Shown here: positions 49,950 to 62,555 of the stretch, in pieces | How positions within the stretch are numbered: the stretch's first letter is position 1 | Layout of the letters: every line of letters starts with the position of its first letter | Source of the DNA: Octopus bimaculoides | Taxonomy: Eukaryota | Assembly: GCF_001194135.2 (NCBI RefSeq) | Contig: NC_068986.1 | Coordinates: 10,527,972-10,590,526, forward strand | Direction of reading: 5' to 3' | DNA length: 62,555 bases | Notes under the pieces: generated by a model | Told to the model about the DNA's origin: nothing | The model's input: only the letters and a program-made list of their open reading frames with translations | Database searches by the model: none | Position numbers and translations under genes: made by a program

Positions 49950-52548
49950 CTGATGTTGAAATAAGACACAATAATCAACATGCAATATAAACAGACTATT
50001 CAATAATACTTCTGTCTGAGCTGTTGCTCATTATGTTACAATAATGAAATGCTAGTCTCACAGTGATAATGATCAAACTGGTAAATAACCTATTTATATG
50101 TAGCTGGAGTAGTTCATGCAAGGGTTAATTTTTTGGGCCCTCCTAACCAAAGAACAATGCCAGTGGAAAGTACAAACAATTGAATATTTCAGTAGATGGG
50201 CCAACACCATCATTTCAGCTAAAGGAACTTCTCATTTTGGTTCCAAGAGGTTCAAACTTTGGCATTTGAAACATCCTTTTTTCTAAAAGATGTCTGTAAA
50301 AAAAAAAAAAATCACCCGGAGTCCTAAATGTGAAGTTGGGCCTTTGCTGGTTTCAAATTTTTGGCACAAGTCCAGCAATTTCAGGGGAGGTGGCTAAGTC
50401 GATTACATTGACCCCAGTACTTAACTGGTACTTATTTTATCACCCCCAATAGGGATGAAAGGTAAAGTCAGTCACAGTGGAATTTGAACTCGGATTCCGA
50501 TGGATAAAATACCACAAAGCATTTTGTCTGGTGTGCTAACGAGTCTGCCAGCTCACCACCTAAATTTGGGTCTATATTACAGGTTTTAATGCACTACAAT
50601 CTGTATTTCTTGAATATGCGCTGTTAAAATTGGAATGCATCTAATATGCCATCAAATATGGTAAATGCTAATTTATGCTTTGACATCACATTTTATAATC
50701 AATTTCTGTCACATCCCTTTAACTTTTCTAATTTGTTTTGCTTTTTTGGGAAGTGGAGGAATGGAAGGGTTAATCTTTCTGCCTGGCACTTGAAGACAGA
50801 AACATCTCCAGACTGTCCTTCCATTTTCTATACTCTTCAATTAAGTAGCCAATAGTTCTTGTAGTGTCCTATGGATTTTCCCCAGTTAATTAGTCAAATA
50901 TATCTCCTTCATTAATCTAAGGCAGGTAGTCCTTCAATAATCTATACTGCATTGTCTAAGTGAGAACTTCAACATACCCCTTAAAAAAACCCAGCTCCAA
51001 CTCCCTATATTTCATAAAAAAAATTTCTATGTTGACAACAAAAGTAAAAAACAAAGGCAAAAGCCAGTTTGTGTGTCGTCCCCATCTGTTTTCTCTTTTT
51101 CCCTATAAACATAAACCTGTTGACTCAAGCAGGGAATCCTTCCGACAACCTGGGTTATCTTATCAAGCAATCCAGCATGGACATCATCATCGTTTTAGTG
51201 TCAGCTTTTCTCTGCTTGCATGAGGTAGACAGAATTTGTTGAGCCAACTGTTCAATGGCCAAATGTCTTTCCTGTTCCCAACCTTCAGTTTTTCCTAAGC
51301 AAGCTAATATTTCCCATAGCTGGACATGTTTTTCACAGAAGACTGGAGACAAACAATCTCGCTTGTATGATGAGAATGCTTGTGATGTGTAGACAAAAAC
51401 ACACACACACACATCAATAAGCAATAGGCTTTTTTTCAGTTCCTATCAAATCCATTCACAAAGCTTTGGCAACAGGGATTAATAGAAGACATATTTGACC
51501 AATGTGCCATGCAAGGAGACTGAACCCAAGACTACATCATTGTGATGCCAGCTTCTTAACCACATGGCTATGTCTGCACCTATAGCTACACCAATATATA
51601 AATATCCGACAGGCTTCAGTATTTATGTCTTCCTACCAAATTTCACCCTCAAAGCATTCACCAACCAAAATGTATGGTAGAGTACACATACACAAGGTAC
51701 CATATAGAGGGATTGAACATGAAACCTTGTAGTTGCAAGGTTAACTTCTTAACCACCCAGCCAAACTTGTGGCCATTACCTTAGGTTAATGTGGAATGTT
51801 ATTTATAAAACGATTTCTCTTGAGGAAGTTTTGTCTCTCCTACTTCACACTCTGAAACCTGATCTAAGCCTCATATTACAAGGGTAAGCTCAAAACCCCG
51901 GAAACATCCAGCATTTATTTATTTATTACAATCCAACTCATGCCAGCATGGAAAGCGGACATTAAATGATGATGAGTGATCTTCTTTGGCCTTTTCATCA
52001 ATGGTCAAGAGTATTTCAGAGACAGTGACTTCTTCATTCCCCACATCTGACCTCTTTACTTACCTTCATCCCAAACAGCACATTTCATGGACAATAAGTC
52101 CCACATGTGCTTGACATGGGTTTTGACAATACCAACAGTAAAGCAATGTTAAGGCGGCAGAAGTGTCTGCCACAGATGTATACTTCCATCTTTGTTTTGC
52201 GTCCTCAGAATGTTGAATGCAAGAACCTTCATAAGCTTTGGCTCCTCTGGACACAGTTGATCTCCACCTGCTGCGGTCCCTTACTGACTGTTCCCATTTT
52301 GTTTCATCGATGGAGAACTCTTTCAGAGTAGTTCATGCTCCTTATAAAAGTGATAAAATAGGTAAATCACCACATTATAAAAGTGGTACCCAATCACCAT
52401 TATACCAGCATGGAAAAAGGACATTAAATGATGATGATGATGATGCTGAAGAATTGCAAAGACACATGTCTGGTAGATCTGAATCTTGGTTTTTGCTTTA
52501 AGCTGTCGCTTTCCCATTATTACTGTAGAATACCAAGTAAAAACTTAC

Positions 52549-52649
52549 CTAGAAAAGTTAATTTACTGCTCAAAAACATCGATGTACCGAGGTTTTCCAG
52601 AAGATCCAGATGGGAGAATTGTCCAGTTTCACAATATTCTGCGAGGATT
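52549..52649 (-). CDS. NUP85: NUP85 exon ([33 protein letters not shown])
   Basis: AG/GTAAGT, 101 nt, phase 2 to 1. Confidence 0.95.
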
Positions 52650-53439
52650 CTATTAAAAGATAAAAGATTCCGTCTAAAATATTCACCTTTTATTAGAATG
52701 GCAGCTTCTATGTGAACAGGCCACAATTATGTTAGCGGCATAAAACCATTTTTGATGTCCCTGTTACTGTATTCAGAAATGTTGGTTTCAAATTTCAAGC
52801 ACAAGGCTAGCAATTTCAGGGGAAAGGAGGGAGGGGGGTAGTCGATTACAACTGGTATTTATTTTATCAATCCTGAGAGGATGAAAGGCAAAGCTGACCT
52901 TGGTTGAATTTGAACTCAGAATGTATATGTATGTATATGTATATGTTTGTGTGTCTGTGTTTGTCCCCGCATCATCGCTTGACAACTGATGTTTATGTAT
53001 TTATGTCCCCGTAACTTAGTAGCTCAGCAAAACAGACTGATAGGATAAGTACTAGGCTTAAAAAGAATAAGTCCTAGGATCGATTTGTTTGACTAAAGGT
53101 AGTGCTCCAGTATGGCCACAGTCAAATGACTGAAACAAATAAAAGAATATATATATGTGTGTGTGTGTGTGTGTATGTATGTGAATATCGAACAGTGGGA
53201 ATGAGTGCTCAACACCATATTGGTGGATAAATATTCTTCATTTGCTGATTGACAAGGCTCCAATTGTGACCGTCTCTTTACATGAAACCATTGGTAGCAT
53301 TGGTAACCCACATATAAAGTATGCACATATACATCTATGTATATACATACATACACACACAGATAGAAAGAAAGCAAGCTCTGTGTGTGTGTGTGTGTGT
53401 GTGTATGCTTTTGCATAATTGAAATTTTCAAGCACTTAC

Positions 53440-53471
53440 TTTTCTGAGAGTAAAGCAGCGTATGAGCTATC
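53440..53471 (-). CDS. NUP85: NUP85 micro-exon (DSSYAALLSE)
   Basis: AG/GTAAGT, 32 nt, phase 0 to 2; bridges the flanking phases and aligns with DAAFATLVSD. Confidence 0.88.
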
Positions 53472-53565
53472 CTGTAAAAGAAACATAAACATCTTAAACC
53501 AACATAACACCACCATCACTACTACCACCATACACACACACATATATACATATATATATACATAC

Positions 53566-53598
<33 letters not shown>

Positions 53599-54071
53599 AA
53601 TAATAATAAAGGAGTTACGACGCAAAAACGTATATATTCAAATGAACATATTTATCTTCTTCAATATATATTTCAGTATAAAGAATTCATTAAGAGACTT
53701 AATAAATCAAAATTTCTTTACACATCATTCAGGAATAAATATAACATCAGAAAAACCATAATTCTTGAATGGTATGTAGAGCTAAGATACTTATTTATCT
53801 CTTAACATGGTCAAGTTCACCAAATACTAGATTCATTAGTTTGCAGGGTTAAATTCCCGTCTTCCTGCAAATCCAGGTGAAGTCAGCAGGAGAAGAGATA
53901 GCAATGCAATGTTCTTCCCTTGAATTGCCAAATGAAGCAGACAGGATCCCTTGTCCTTGGCAAACAACTATAAATGGCACTTCAGACATTGTCTAGGCCA
54001 CAGACTTTATTAAACTACTAAAACAGGTCTGAAATAGAAGCTGACACCAGACAAAGAGAAATCTCACTCAC

Positions 54072-54157
54072 CTTTGACTTGAGGAACCAACTGAGGGCTT
54101 GTCCAACTCGCTTTGTCTTGAGGCATTTTTTACCCATTACTTTGCAAATAGATTTAG
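54072..54157 (-). CDS. NUP85: NUP85 exon (AKSICKVMGKKCLKTKRVGQALSWFLKSK)
   Basis: AG/GTGAGT, 86 nt, phase 1 to 0. Confidence 0.94.
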
Positions 54158-55303
54158 CTACCAAAAAGAGAGAAAAAGGGGAAGTCATTAGTTAAAATGA
54201 TAATGGTCGTAGCTGGGCAGTCAAGAAGTTCGTGCAATTTCAAGTTCAGTCACACTTCACGATACCTTTGATAGCCTTGGGCATAGATTTGACAGACAGA
54301 ATCATCGTCGTCGTCATCGTCATCATTGTTTAACGTCCGTTTTCCATTCTGGCATGTTTGACAGAGGAGGCCGCACCAGGCTCCAATCTGATCTGGCAAG
54401 GTTTCTACAGCTGGATGCCCTTCCTAATGCCAACCACTCCGAGAGTGTAGTAGGTGCTTTTACGTGCCACTGGCACGGGTGCCAGTCAGGTGGCACTGGC
54501 ATCAGCCACGCTCGAATGGTGCTTTGATCATCATTTAACATCCATTTTCCATGCTGGCATGGGTTGAACAGTTTGACAGGAACTGGTAAGCCAGAGAGCT
54601 GCACCAGGCCCCAATTATCTGTTTTGGCATGGTTTCTCAGGTTGGGTGCTCTTCCTAACACCAACCACTTTACAGAGTGGATGGGGTGCTTTCTACATGG
54701 CACCAGTACCAGATCTTTTTATGCAGCACCAGCACCTATATATATATATATATATATATAGGCGTAGGAGTGGCTGTGTGGTAAGTAGCTTNNNNNNNNN
54801 NNNNNNNNNNNNNNNNNNNNNNNNNNNNNNNNNNNNNNNNNNNNNNNNNGAAGCCTGTTGTATATATGTATATATATGTATGTATGTGTGTATGTGTTTG
54901 TATGTCTGTGTTTGTCCCCCCAACATCGCTTGACAACCGATGCTGGTGTGTTTATGTCCCCGTAACTTAGCGGTTCGGCAAAAGAGACCGATAGAATAAG
55001 TACTAGGCTTCCAAAGAATAAGTCCTGGGGTCGATTTGCTCGACTAAAGGCGGTGCTCCAGCATGGCCACAGTCAAAAGACTGAAACAAGTAAAAGAGTA
55101 AAAGAGTATATGCGTGTGTATAAGTATAAATGATGATAATAATGATGATGTGAAACATGAATGGGTTGGTGACAAGACTATTTTCTATGGTAACCATAGA
55201 AAAACTGCCTCAATAAATTGTCCAAAATTCATTGAAAGAAAGGCAGGTGTATTTCAACAGAACTATGGTAACAAAATGGCCAAAAGTATTAAAAAAAACC
55301 CAC

Positions 55304-55404
55304 CATGTTCCTGTAAGCCTCTCGTTTCACAAATATTCAACAATTTCAAGACTTTCTTCTCAGTATCGAGTGGGATACGTTCTAAGTAAAGTTCCAAGTA
55401 TTCT
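55304..55404 (-). CDS. NUP85: NUP85 exon (EYLELYLERIPLDTEKKVLKLLNICETRGLQEH)
   Basis: AG/GTGGGT, 101 nt, phase 2 to 1. Confidence 0.95.
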
Positions 55405-56463
55405 CTGCAGAAAGATATCAATAGATGAGAAAAGATAAAACAGATATTCTTCAAAGAATCCTTAAAAATATGAAAGAGAAAATTTGAATGAAAAGGATTT
55501 AGAAATACATGTTTCACAGATTTATATCAGAAAGAGTTTACAAGAAGATAGAGGAGATCAGTAACATATTAGGCTAATGCAAAGGCGGCGGTGAGCTGGC
55601 AGAATCATTAGCACGACGGGCGAAATGCTTAGCAGTATTTCATCTGTCTTTACATTCTGAGTTCAAATTCCGCTGAAGTTGACTTTGTTTTACATCCTTC
55701 CAGGGGTCGATAAATTAAGTACCAGTTGCATACTGGGGTCGATCTAATCAACTGGCCCTTTCCCAAAAAATTTCGGGCCTTGTGCCTAGAGTAGAAAAGA
55801 ACATTTGATGCTAATGCAAGAAAATTAACTTTTATCTGAGTTAAGAGAGTTAAAGGTCACTTTTTGTATATGAAGGGTGAAGGCTTGTGGCATAGTGGTT
55901 AAGGTATTGCTCTTGGGATTGCAAGATCATAGCTTTTTGATTCCCTAAACACTTCGTTTCACATGGCTCCACTGAGCTATAACTGCATAACCCTGCAACA
56001 AACTGGTATCCTGTTCTGGGGGAATGTTGTGGTTTTGGTCACTTAAACTCCGTGGAAACTAGGCAACCAGCCCTATAAGCCTTGGGACCCAAAGACAGTA
56101 ATGTCCAGAGGACTGACTTCTAGTCTAAAATATTTGGTCAGAATATGATATGATGGTGTGTTAAATATGTGATTTTTTTAATGGAATATTTCTGTGTATT
56201 TTGTAGTTTCATACAGCTTAACCCTTTAGCATTTAAACCAACCAAATACGGTTCAAATATTCTACTTGTTTTCTGTTCAAAATGGCCAGATCTAGCCTTT
56301 CACACTTACCCTACAATCTCACTCTAAAAAAATAAATAGTTACCTCATGGAAATCTCAAAGCTGTAAGATAATACATGATTAATTCAAAACAATGTGGAT
56401 AAATAAGCAAAACATTTGACAGAATAACCTGAATGCTAACGAGTTGAACTTGAAAAGTCTTAC

Positions 56464-56514
56464 CTGCCTAACTCAGGACAGAAGTCAAAATAGTGAATAC
56501 CAATGGGCCATAAA
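56464..56514 (-). CDS. NUP85: NUP85 exon (LWPIGIHYFDFCPELG)
   Basis: AG/GTAAGA, 51 nt, phase 2 to 2. Confidence 0.94.
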
Positions 56515-57478
56515 CTGCAACAAGAATATGGAGCAAAAGATTATTAAGAAACATTCACAATATCTTCAAGGATGACACGTAAATAAAAATGTTATGAAGA
56601 CTGTCTTTTAGAATTTGTTCAAGAATGAGCCTGAAATGCTAACAAATTTTTAAGAACCAACGTCGTCTCCTTCATTGGACACGAAACTCAGCTTGCAAAG
56701 ACCTGTTGGGGCAAGCGAAAGCAAAATCGTGATGGCACCTGTGCCCAGCGTCGCCTTTCTGGCAGTTGTGCCCGCGGCATGTGTAAGGACTTTTGAGCGA
56801 GATCGTTGCTAGTGCCGCTGGAATGACTCCAGTGCAGGTGGCATGTAAAATACACCATTTTGAGCGTGGCCGTTGCCAGTACCGCCTGACAGGCCGTAAA
56901 AGCACCCACTACACTCTCTGAGTGGTTGGCGTTAGAAAGGGCATCCAGCTGTAGAAACGCTGCCAAATCAGATTGGAGCCTGGTGTAGCCATCGGGTTTC
57001 ACCAGTCCTCAGTCAAATCGTCCAACCCATGCTAGCATGGGAAGCGGACGTTAAACGATGATGATGATGATTTCATGAGAAGAATTCTATCAATTTTTCT
57101 TAACTTGAAATGTAAGTAACAAGAAATGGATCATTGTTGGAGTATTTTTAAAAGAATCCTAAAACTCTCTCTCTCCGTATGGAATGACACCAATAAAGAC
57201 ACCATTTTAACATCCACTTTTCCATGCTTGCATGGGTCAGAAGGAATTTGTTGAGGCAGGCATTCTACAGCTGGATGCCCTTCCTGTTGCCAACTTTCAC
57301 CTGTTTCCAAGCAAGGTAAGATTTCTCCCAAGCAAGGTAAGATTTCTCCCAAGTAAAGTAAGATTTCTCCCAAGAAAGGTAAGATTTCTTGTGAAAGATT
57401 GAAAAATAAACAACATTGTTTACAACCATTACATAATATCTAGACAAACACACACACATAGAGAAGAGTAGTTCTTAC

Positions 57479-57544
57479 CTTTTGTGAGACATCAAACTGG
57501 AAGCATAATCCAGGAGTAAATATTCTCTCATACTCAAGCCTTGC
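57479..57544 (-). CDS. NUP85: NUP85 exon (QGLSMREYLLLDYASSLMSHK)
   Basis: AG/GTAAGA, 66 nt, phase 2 to 2. Confidence 0.94.
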
Positions 57545-59775
57545 CTTTAAAATAAACAGAAAAAGTGGAAAGTTTTTATAATTCATAATGTAAACAACAC
57601 ATTGACCTAAAAACTAAGAAATTAGCACAAAAAAGTACATTTGTGTGTATATGTTTGCCAGTGAGCAGAAAAGAGAAAAAGACTACCCCTACCCTACCTT
57701 CCAAGATGCCACCAGCACCTCATAGGCGCTGGTGGCACAAAAAAGGGCACCCAGTGCACTCTGAAGAGGGGTTGGCATTAGAAAGGACATCCAACCATAG
57801 AAAGCATGCCTAAGCAGACTTTGGGACCATTGGATCCGACCAAACTGTTCAACCCATATCTGCATGGTAAAAGGACATTAAATAATGATGTTGTTTTAAT
57901 GTCCACTTTTCCATGCTTGCATGGGTTGGAGAGAATTTGCTGAGGCACATTTTCTACAGCTGGATGCTCTTCTTGTCACCAACCCTCACCTGTTTTCAAA
58001 CAAAGTAACATTTCCCCCTGGCTAGACATGTTTTCTGGATGGCAATGATGCTCATTGACAACCATCACATGATGTCAAGACAACAGCGCACACATACACA
58101 CACATGATGGGCCTCTTTCAGTTGCCATCACCTGAATCCACTCACAATGCTCTGGTTGGCCCAGGGTTATAATAAAAGACACTAGCCAAAGGTGTCACGC
58201 AGTGGATCTGAACCCAGAACAACATAGCTGCAAACCAACCTTCTTAAGCCATGTGTGTGTGTTTGTGTGTGTGTCAGTGTGTGTGTGCGTATGTGTACAT
58301 GTATGACAAGCTTCTTTTAGTTTCCATCTGCTAAACCCAGTCATAATGCTTTGGTCGACCTGAGCCTATAATAGAAGACATTTGCCCAAGGTGCCACACA
58401 AGGGGACTGAACCTGGAACCAGGTGGTTGGGGAGTAAACTTCTTCACCACACAACCACACATGGCTTATTGAATTATTCCCACAAAGCAAATATTTCATG
58501 ACAAATCCATGTTTTAGACTTTTGTCAAGGTTTGTTTTGTCAGTTTCTACGTCAATGGTTCTCAATCCTTTTCACTATCTGGGCTGAAGACCCAAAACCT
58601 GGATCTTTCTTTCTTTGGGGGCCACACCAAAAAAGGTCAATTAAAAGAAAAATTATATTTATAGAGGGAAGACTGTCGAGGGCTGCTGGAAGGATGTTTA
58701 AGGGGCCACATGAGGCCCTGGGAGCCACCATTGAGAACCACTGATCTAACAAGATGAAGGGTGAAGTCATTAACAATATAAAACAACGAACAAAGAGATT
58801 TCTCCACCACATTCACACACTAACACAGGACCACATGAACAGGTACACCCCATCACACATCCATCAACACCACCACCACCATCAGAGATGCTACATGGTC
58901 ATTCATTCAGCTAGAAACAGCAGCCAAATCTCTCAAAGCATACAACTTCTATCTTCAGTAAATGACGACAGATTACACAATGGTATACAAAGAGGATGTA
59001 TAGTCGTGGCCGGAATGCCTGTGATCATAAGGCTGCTCCATCTGCTAGAAACAGCAGTCAAATTTCCTTTGAATCACGTGAACCATCTTAAAAAAAACAG
59101 AAACAACTCATGATCCACATATAATACAATGACTGAAAATAAGATGAGATGGTCATGGTTAGAAAGCCTTTGACCAAATTTCTGCTGAATGAAAAATGTC
59201 TTAGGGCTAAACAACATCACATATAGGGAAATGAATACACACACCTACATCTTAACACACACCACTATACACACACACCACTATACACACACACACACAC
59301 ACTACAACTGGCACTCCATCAGTTACAACAGGGGTTCCATTTGAACAGCCTGCTCGTGAAAATAATGTGCAAGTGGTTGAGTACTCCACAGATACATGTC
59401 CCCTTAATGTAGTTCTCCAGGAGATTCAGCATGGCACAGAGTGTGACAAGGATGGTCCCTATTGAATTACAGGTACAACTCATTTTTGCCAACTGAGTGG
59501 AGTGGAGCAACATGAAATAGAGTGTCTTGTTCAAGGACACAAGGCATTGCTGGGAATTGAACTCACTGCCTTACGATCATGAGCCAAACACTCTAACCAC
59601 TAAGCCATGTTTCTTTACTTACACACACACACACACACACAGTCGCTATACATCATACCTCTCCATGAGCTTGTCATCATATTATTATTATTTTTATGTT
59701 GATTCCATTAATGAGACATAAGACAAAAAAACACATCCAAGAGAAGAAATTCAAGAGAAATTTGGTTGAACTAAC

Positions 59776-59859
59776 GGTAATTTCTGTGGTGCCAGGAAAC
59801 CACTGTGAGTCAGAAGATCAGCAAGGTGCGCCGTGAACCACCAATTGTCAAGGTAAGTG
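59776..59859 (-). CDS. NUP85: NUP85 exon (TYLDNWWFTAHLADLLTHSGFLAPQKL)
   Basis: AG/GTTAGT, 84 nt, phase 2 to 2. Confidence 0.95.
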
Positions 59860-60710
59860 CTGTAAAGATATTAGAAAAGGGAAACATGAAAATTAGAAAG
59901 GCTTCTTAAAGAAATATTTTAAACTTTCATCATCATCATCATCATCCAACATGCTTTCCATGCTGGCATGGGTTGGATAGTTTGACAGGAGCTGGTAAGG
60001 CCAGGAGCCACACCTGGCTCCAACTGCCAGTTTTAGCATGGCTTCTACAACCAGATGCCCTTCCTAATGCCAACCACTTTACAGAGTGTACTGGGTGCTT
60101 TCTATGTGGTATCAGCACCAGTGCTTTTTACATGGCACCAGCACCAGTGCTGTCTCTAAATAAATTAAACAAAGAATATAGAAGTAAAGATTAAATTTAC
60201 AATTGTATTAAAAGATTCAAACTAAATTTCACAGGACACTGAACCAGACAATACCTGTATAGTGTTGTAAACCTTAACTTTTCCATGCTTGCATGGGCTG
60301 GACAGAGTTTATTGAAGCAGATTTTTCTATGGCCAGATAGTCTTCCTGTCACCACCCCTGGCCTTTTTCTAAGCAAGGGAATAATCTATTTATGGCCAGA
60401 CATGTTTTTGCAGAATATTGGAAATGAATCACACAGCTTGTATGATAGGGGGTCATTTAAAAATGTCACGTAATGTCAAGATAGAGAGATACAAACATAC
60501 ATACACATATATATGCACGCACGCACACACACATACATATATATATATATTGATGAAGGAGATGTTCTCTATGTGGCCTGTGTGTTTTCTGTACTCGTTT
60601 ATCATTTTGTCTACGTTTTGTTTGCAATATCATGTACCCAGATATGCATCTATATTTACAGGTAGATGTAAGTATGTACATACATGTACGTATATATGCA
60701 TATACTCATT

Positions 60711-60760
<50 letters not shown>

Positions 60761-61051
60761 CAGGCTTCTTTCAGTTTTTGTCTCCCAAATCCACTCGACG
60801 ATTTGGCTGGCCCAGGGCTAAAGACACTTTCCCAAGGTGCTACCCAGTGGGACTGAACATGGAACCATGTGACTGGGAAGTAAGCTTCATACTACACAAC
60901 CATACCTGTGCCTTATTGTAGTATAAATTAGTTTGAATTCTATTTTATTTATAATCCAGGTAATTAATTATAACCAGGTGAGACAAAAGCTGATCAATGT
61001 CTTGTGCATGGATTCAGTAAATGGAAACGTGTGTGTGTTTGTTTGTTTGTT

Positions 61052-61086
<35 letters not shown>

Positions 61087-61405
61087 ATTTCCTTGTCTTG
61101 ACATTGTGTGATAGTTGTAAATGAGTGTCACTGCTATACAAGCAGCATCCTTCATTTCCAGTATTCTGCAGAAAAAAGGTATGGCTATGGGGAAATATTA
61201 CCTTTGCTTAGAAACAGATGGGGGTCAGCAACAAGAAGGGCACCCAGCCGTAGAAAATCTGCCTCGATAAACTCTATCCGATCCATGAGCTAGGGGACAT
61301 TATGATGATGTTTGCAGCATTAAAATAACATAATGCGATTGAGGAAAATTGAACATACAATTAAAAAGGAGAGAGAAAGCTATAGAATATAAATGTAGGA
61401 CTCAC

Positions 61406-61509
61406 CAGCAGCTGCGAATCATTTGGCTAATGTCAAATTCAAACAAAGCAATAAGAATATTGTCCAACTGAGCCATTCGGTTGTCTCCTCGATACATGTC
61501 GATGCAAGG
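61406..61509 (-). CDS. NUP85: NUP85 exon (PCIDMYRGDNRMAQLDNILIALFEFDISQMIRSC)
   Basis: AG/GTGAGT, 104 nt, phase 0 to 2. Confidence 0.93.
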
Positions 61510-62201
61510 CTGGAAAGCAAAGAGAACACTTCAACAATAAGGATTAGCGAGTGAAAAACAATTCTGTCACTTTATTTACATTATTGACATTTGACGATTA
61601 TTTGTTCTCGTCTTGTTTGCTAACACAATGTTTCGGCTGATATACCCTCCAGCCTTCATCAGGTGTCTTGGGGAAATTTCAAACCTGGGTTCTCATTCAT
61701 CATCATCATCATCGTTTAACATCTGTTTTCCATGCTGGCATGGATTGGACGGTTTGACTGAGGACTGGCGAACCAGACCCCAATCTGATCTGGCAGAGTT
61801 TCTACACCTGGATGCCCTTCCTAATGCCAAGCACTCCGAGAGTATAGTGGGCGCATTTACGTGCCACCGGCATGAGGGTCAGTCAGACAGTACTGGCAAC
61901 AGCCACGCTCAAATGGTGTTTTTTATGTGCCACCTGCAAGGGAGCCAGTCCGGCGGCACTGGCAATGACCTCGCTCAAATGTTGTTTTTCACGTGCCACC
62001 GGCACAAGTGCCAGTAAGGTGACGCTGGTAACAATCATGCTCAAATGGTGCTTTTTATGTGCCACCAGCACAGGAGCCAGACAGAAAGCCCTGGCAATGG
62101 TCACGCTCGAATGGTGCTTTTAACATTCCACTGGCACGGATGCTAGCCATGTGGTGCTATCATCAGCCACATCAGCGAATTTGATTTTGATTGTGACAAA
62201 T

Positions 62202-62555
62202 AATTACAGAGGCATCAAGCTGTTAGATCAGGTTATGAAAGTTACAGAGAGGGTCATAGCCCAACTAATTAGGGAGCAAATCAATTTAGATGAGATGCAG
62301 TTTGGGTTCGTGCCAGGTAAAAGCACTACTGATGCCTTATTTCTAGTGAGACAGCTGCAGGAGAAATACCTAGCTAAGGATAAACCTCTGTACCTGGCTT
62401 TCATTGACATGGAGAAAGCCTTTGACAGGGTCCCCCGATCCCTTATCTGGTGGTCAATGAGGAAACTTGGGATAGAAGAATGGTTAGTGAGAGCTGTGCG
62501 AGCCATGTACAGAGATGCTGCCAGTAAGGTGAGGGTTGGAAATGAGTACAGCAAT
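62202..62555 (+). mobile_element. RTE-clade LINE reverse transcriptase fragment, runs off the window end, antisense within a NUP85 intron
   Basis: 118 uninterrupted codons NYRGIKLLDQVMKVTER...QFGFVPGKSTTDALF...AFIDMEKAFDRVPR...MYRDAASKVRVG, typical non-LTR RT motifs. Confidence 0.93.

Larger units (their letters stand above)
46215..61509 (-). other. NUP85: NUP85 gene, 3' part (12 coding exons; 5' part lies beyond the window end)
   Basis: Twelve phase-compatible GT-AG exons reproduce the C-terminal half of nucleoporin Nup85 (LDNIL..FEFDI, NWWFxAHLxDLL, ERIPL.TE.K.LK, TFLG.YREFH, FW.TLL.DALPLLE, QTYELM.C.E.LT, RNL.R.II.EGS); minus-strand AATAAA at 46215-46220. Confidence 0.95.

Noticed and set aside
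50090-50293. Strong minus-strand acceptor (T-run + CAG) at 50294
   Set aside because: All three frames close quickly and nothing is missing from NUP85 here
52064-52262. Exon-like segment on minus with a strong GTAAGT donor inside a NUP85 intron (possible poison exon)
   Set aside because: Stops in all frames, poor polypyrimidine tract, and the flanking NUP85 exons already join in phase; no positive evidence
57306-57390. 22-bp tandem repeat containing four AAG|GTAAGA donor-like sites near a NUP85 exon
   Set aside because: Slippage expansion within a SINE and on the strand opposite to NUP85, so it cannot act in its splicing

Overview
AT-rich, gap-containing eukaryotic genomic window. The SINE families and (TA)n/(CA)n load suggest an octopus-type cephalopod (inference). 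By hand-splicing I support three protein-coding genes. (1) A large + strand terminal exon at 5507-6426 encoding an FHA-domain, TIFA-like protein with TRAF-binding-like motifs. (2) A complete 13-coding-exon MEIOB gene on + (22947-43697, 493 aa, all intron phases compatible). (3) The last 12 coding exons of NUP85 on - (61509-46311), tail-to-tail with MEIOB. The rest is SINEs, RTE and CR1-type LINE relics, a Tc1/mariner relic, hAT MITEs, long fold-back elements and microsatellites. Most supplied ORFs are artefacts of N gaps, microsatellites or SINEs. The most unusual signal is a set of minimal type I hammerhead-ribozyme-like motifs in several unrelated repeat families. The best one (31261-31317) lies in sense orientation in a MEIOB intron between long inverted repeats. 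All copies show some degeneration and activity is untested. There is no CRISPR or prokaryotic-type system. Family assignments come from remembered sequences and motifs, not database searches.
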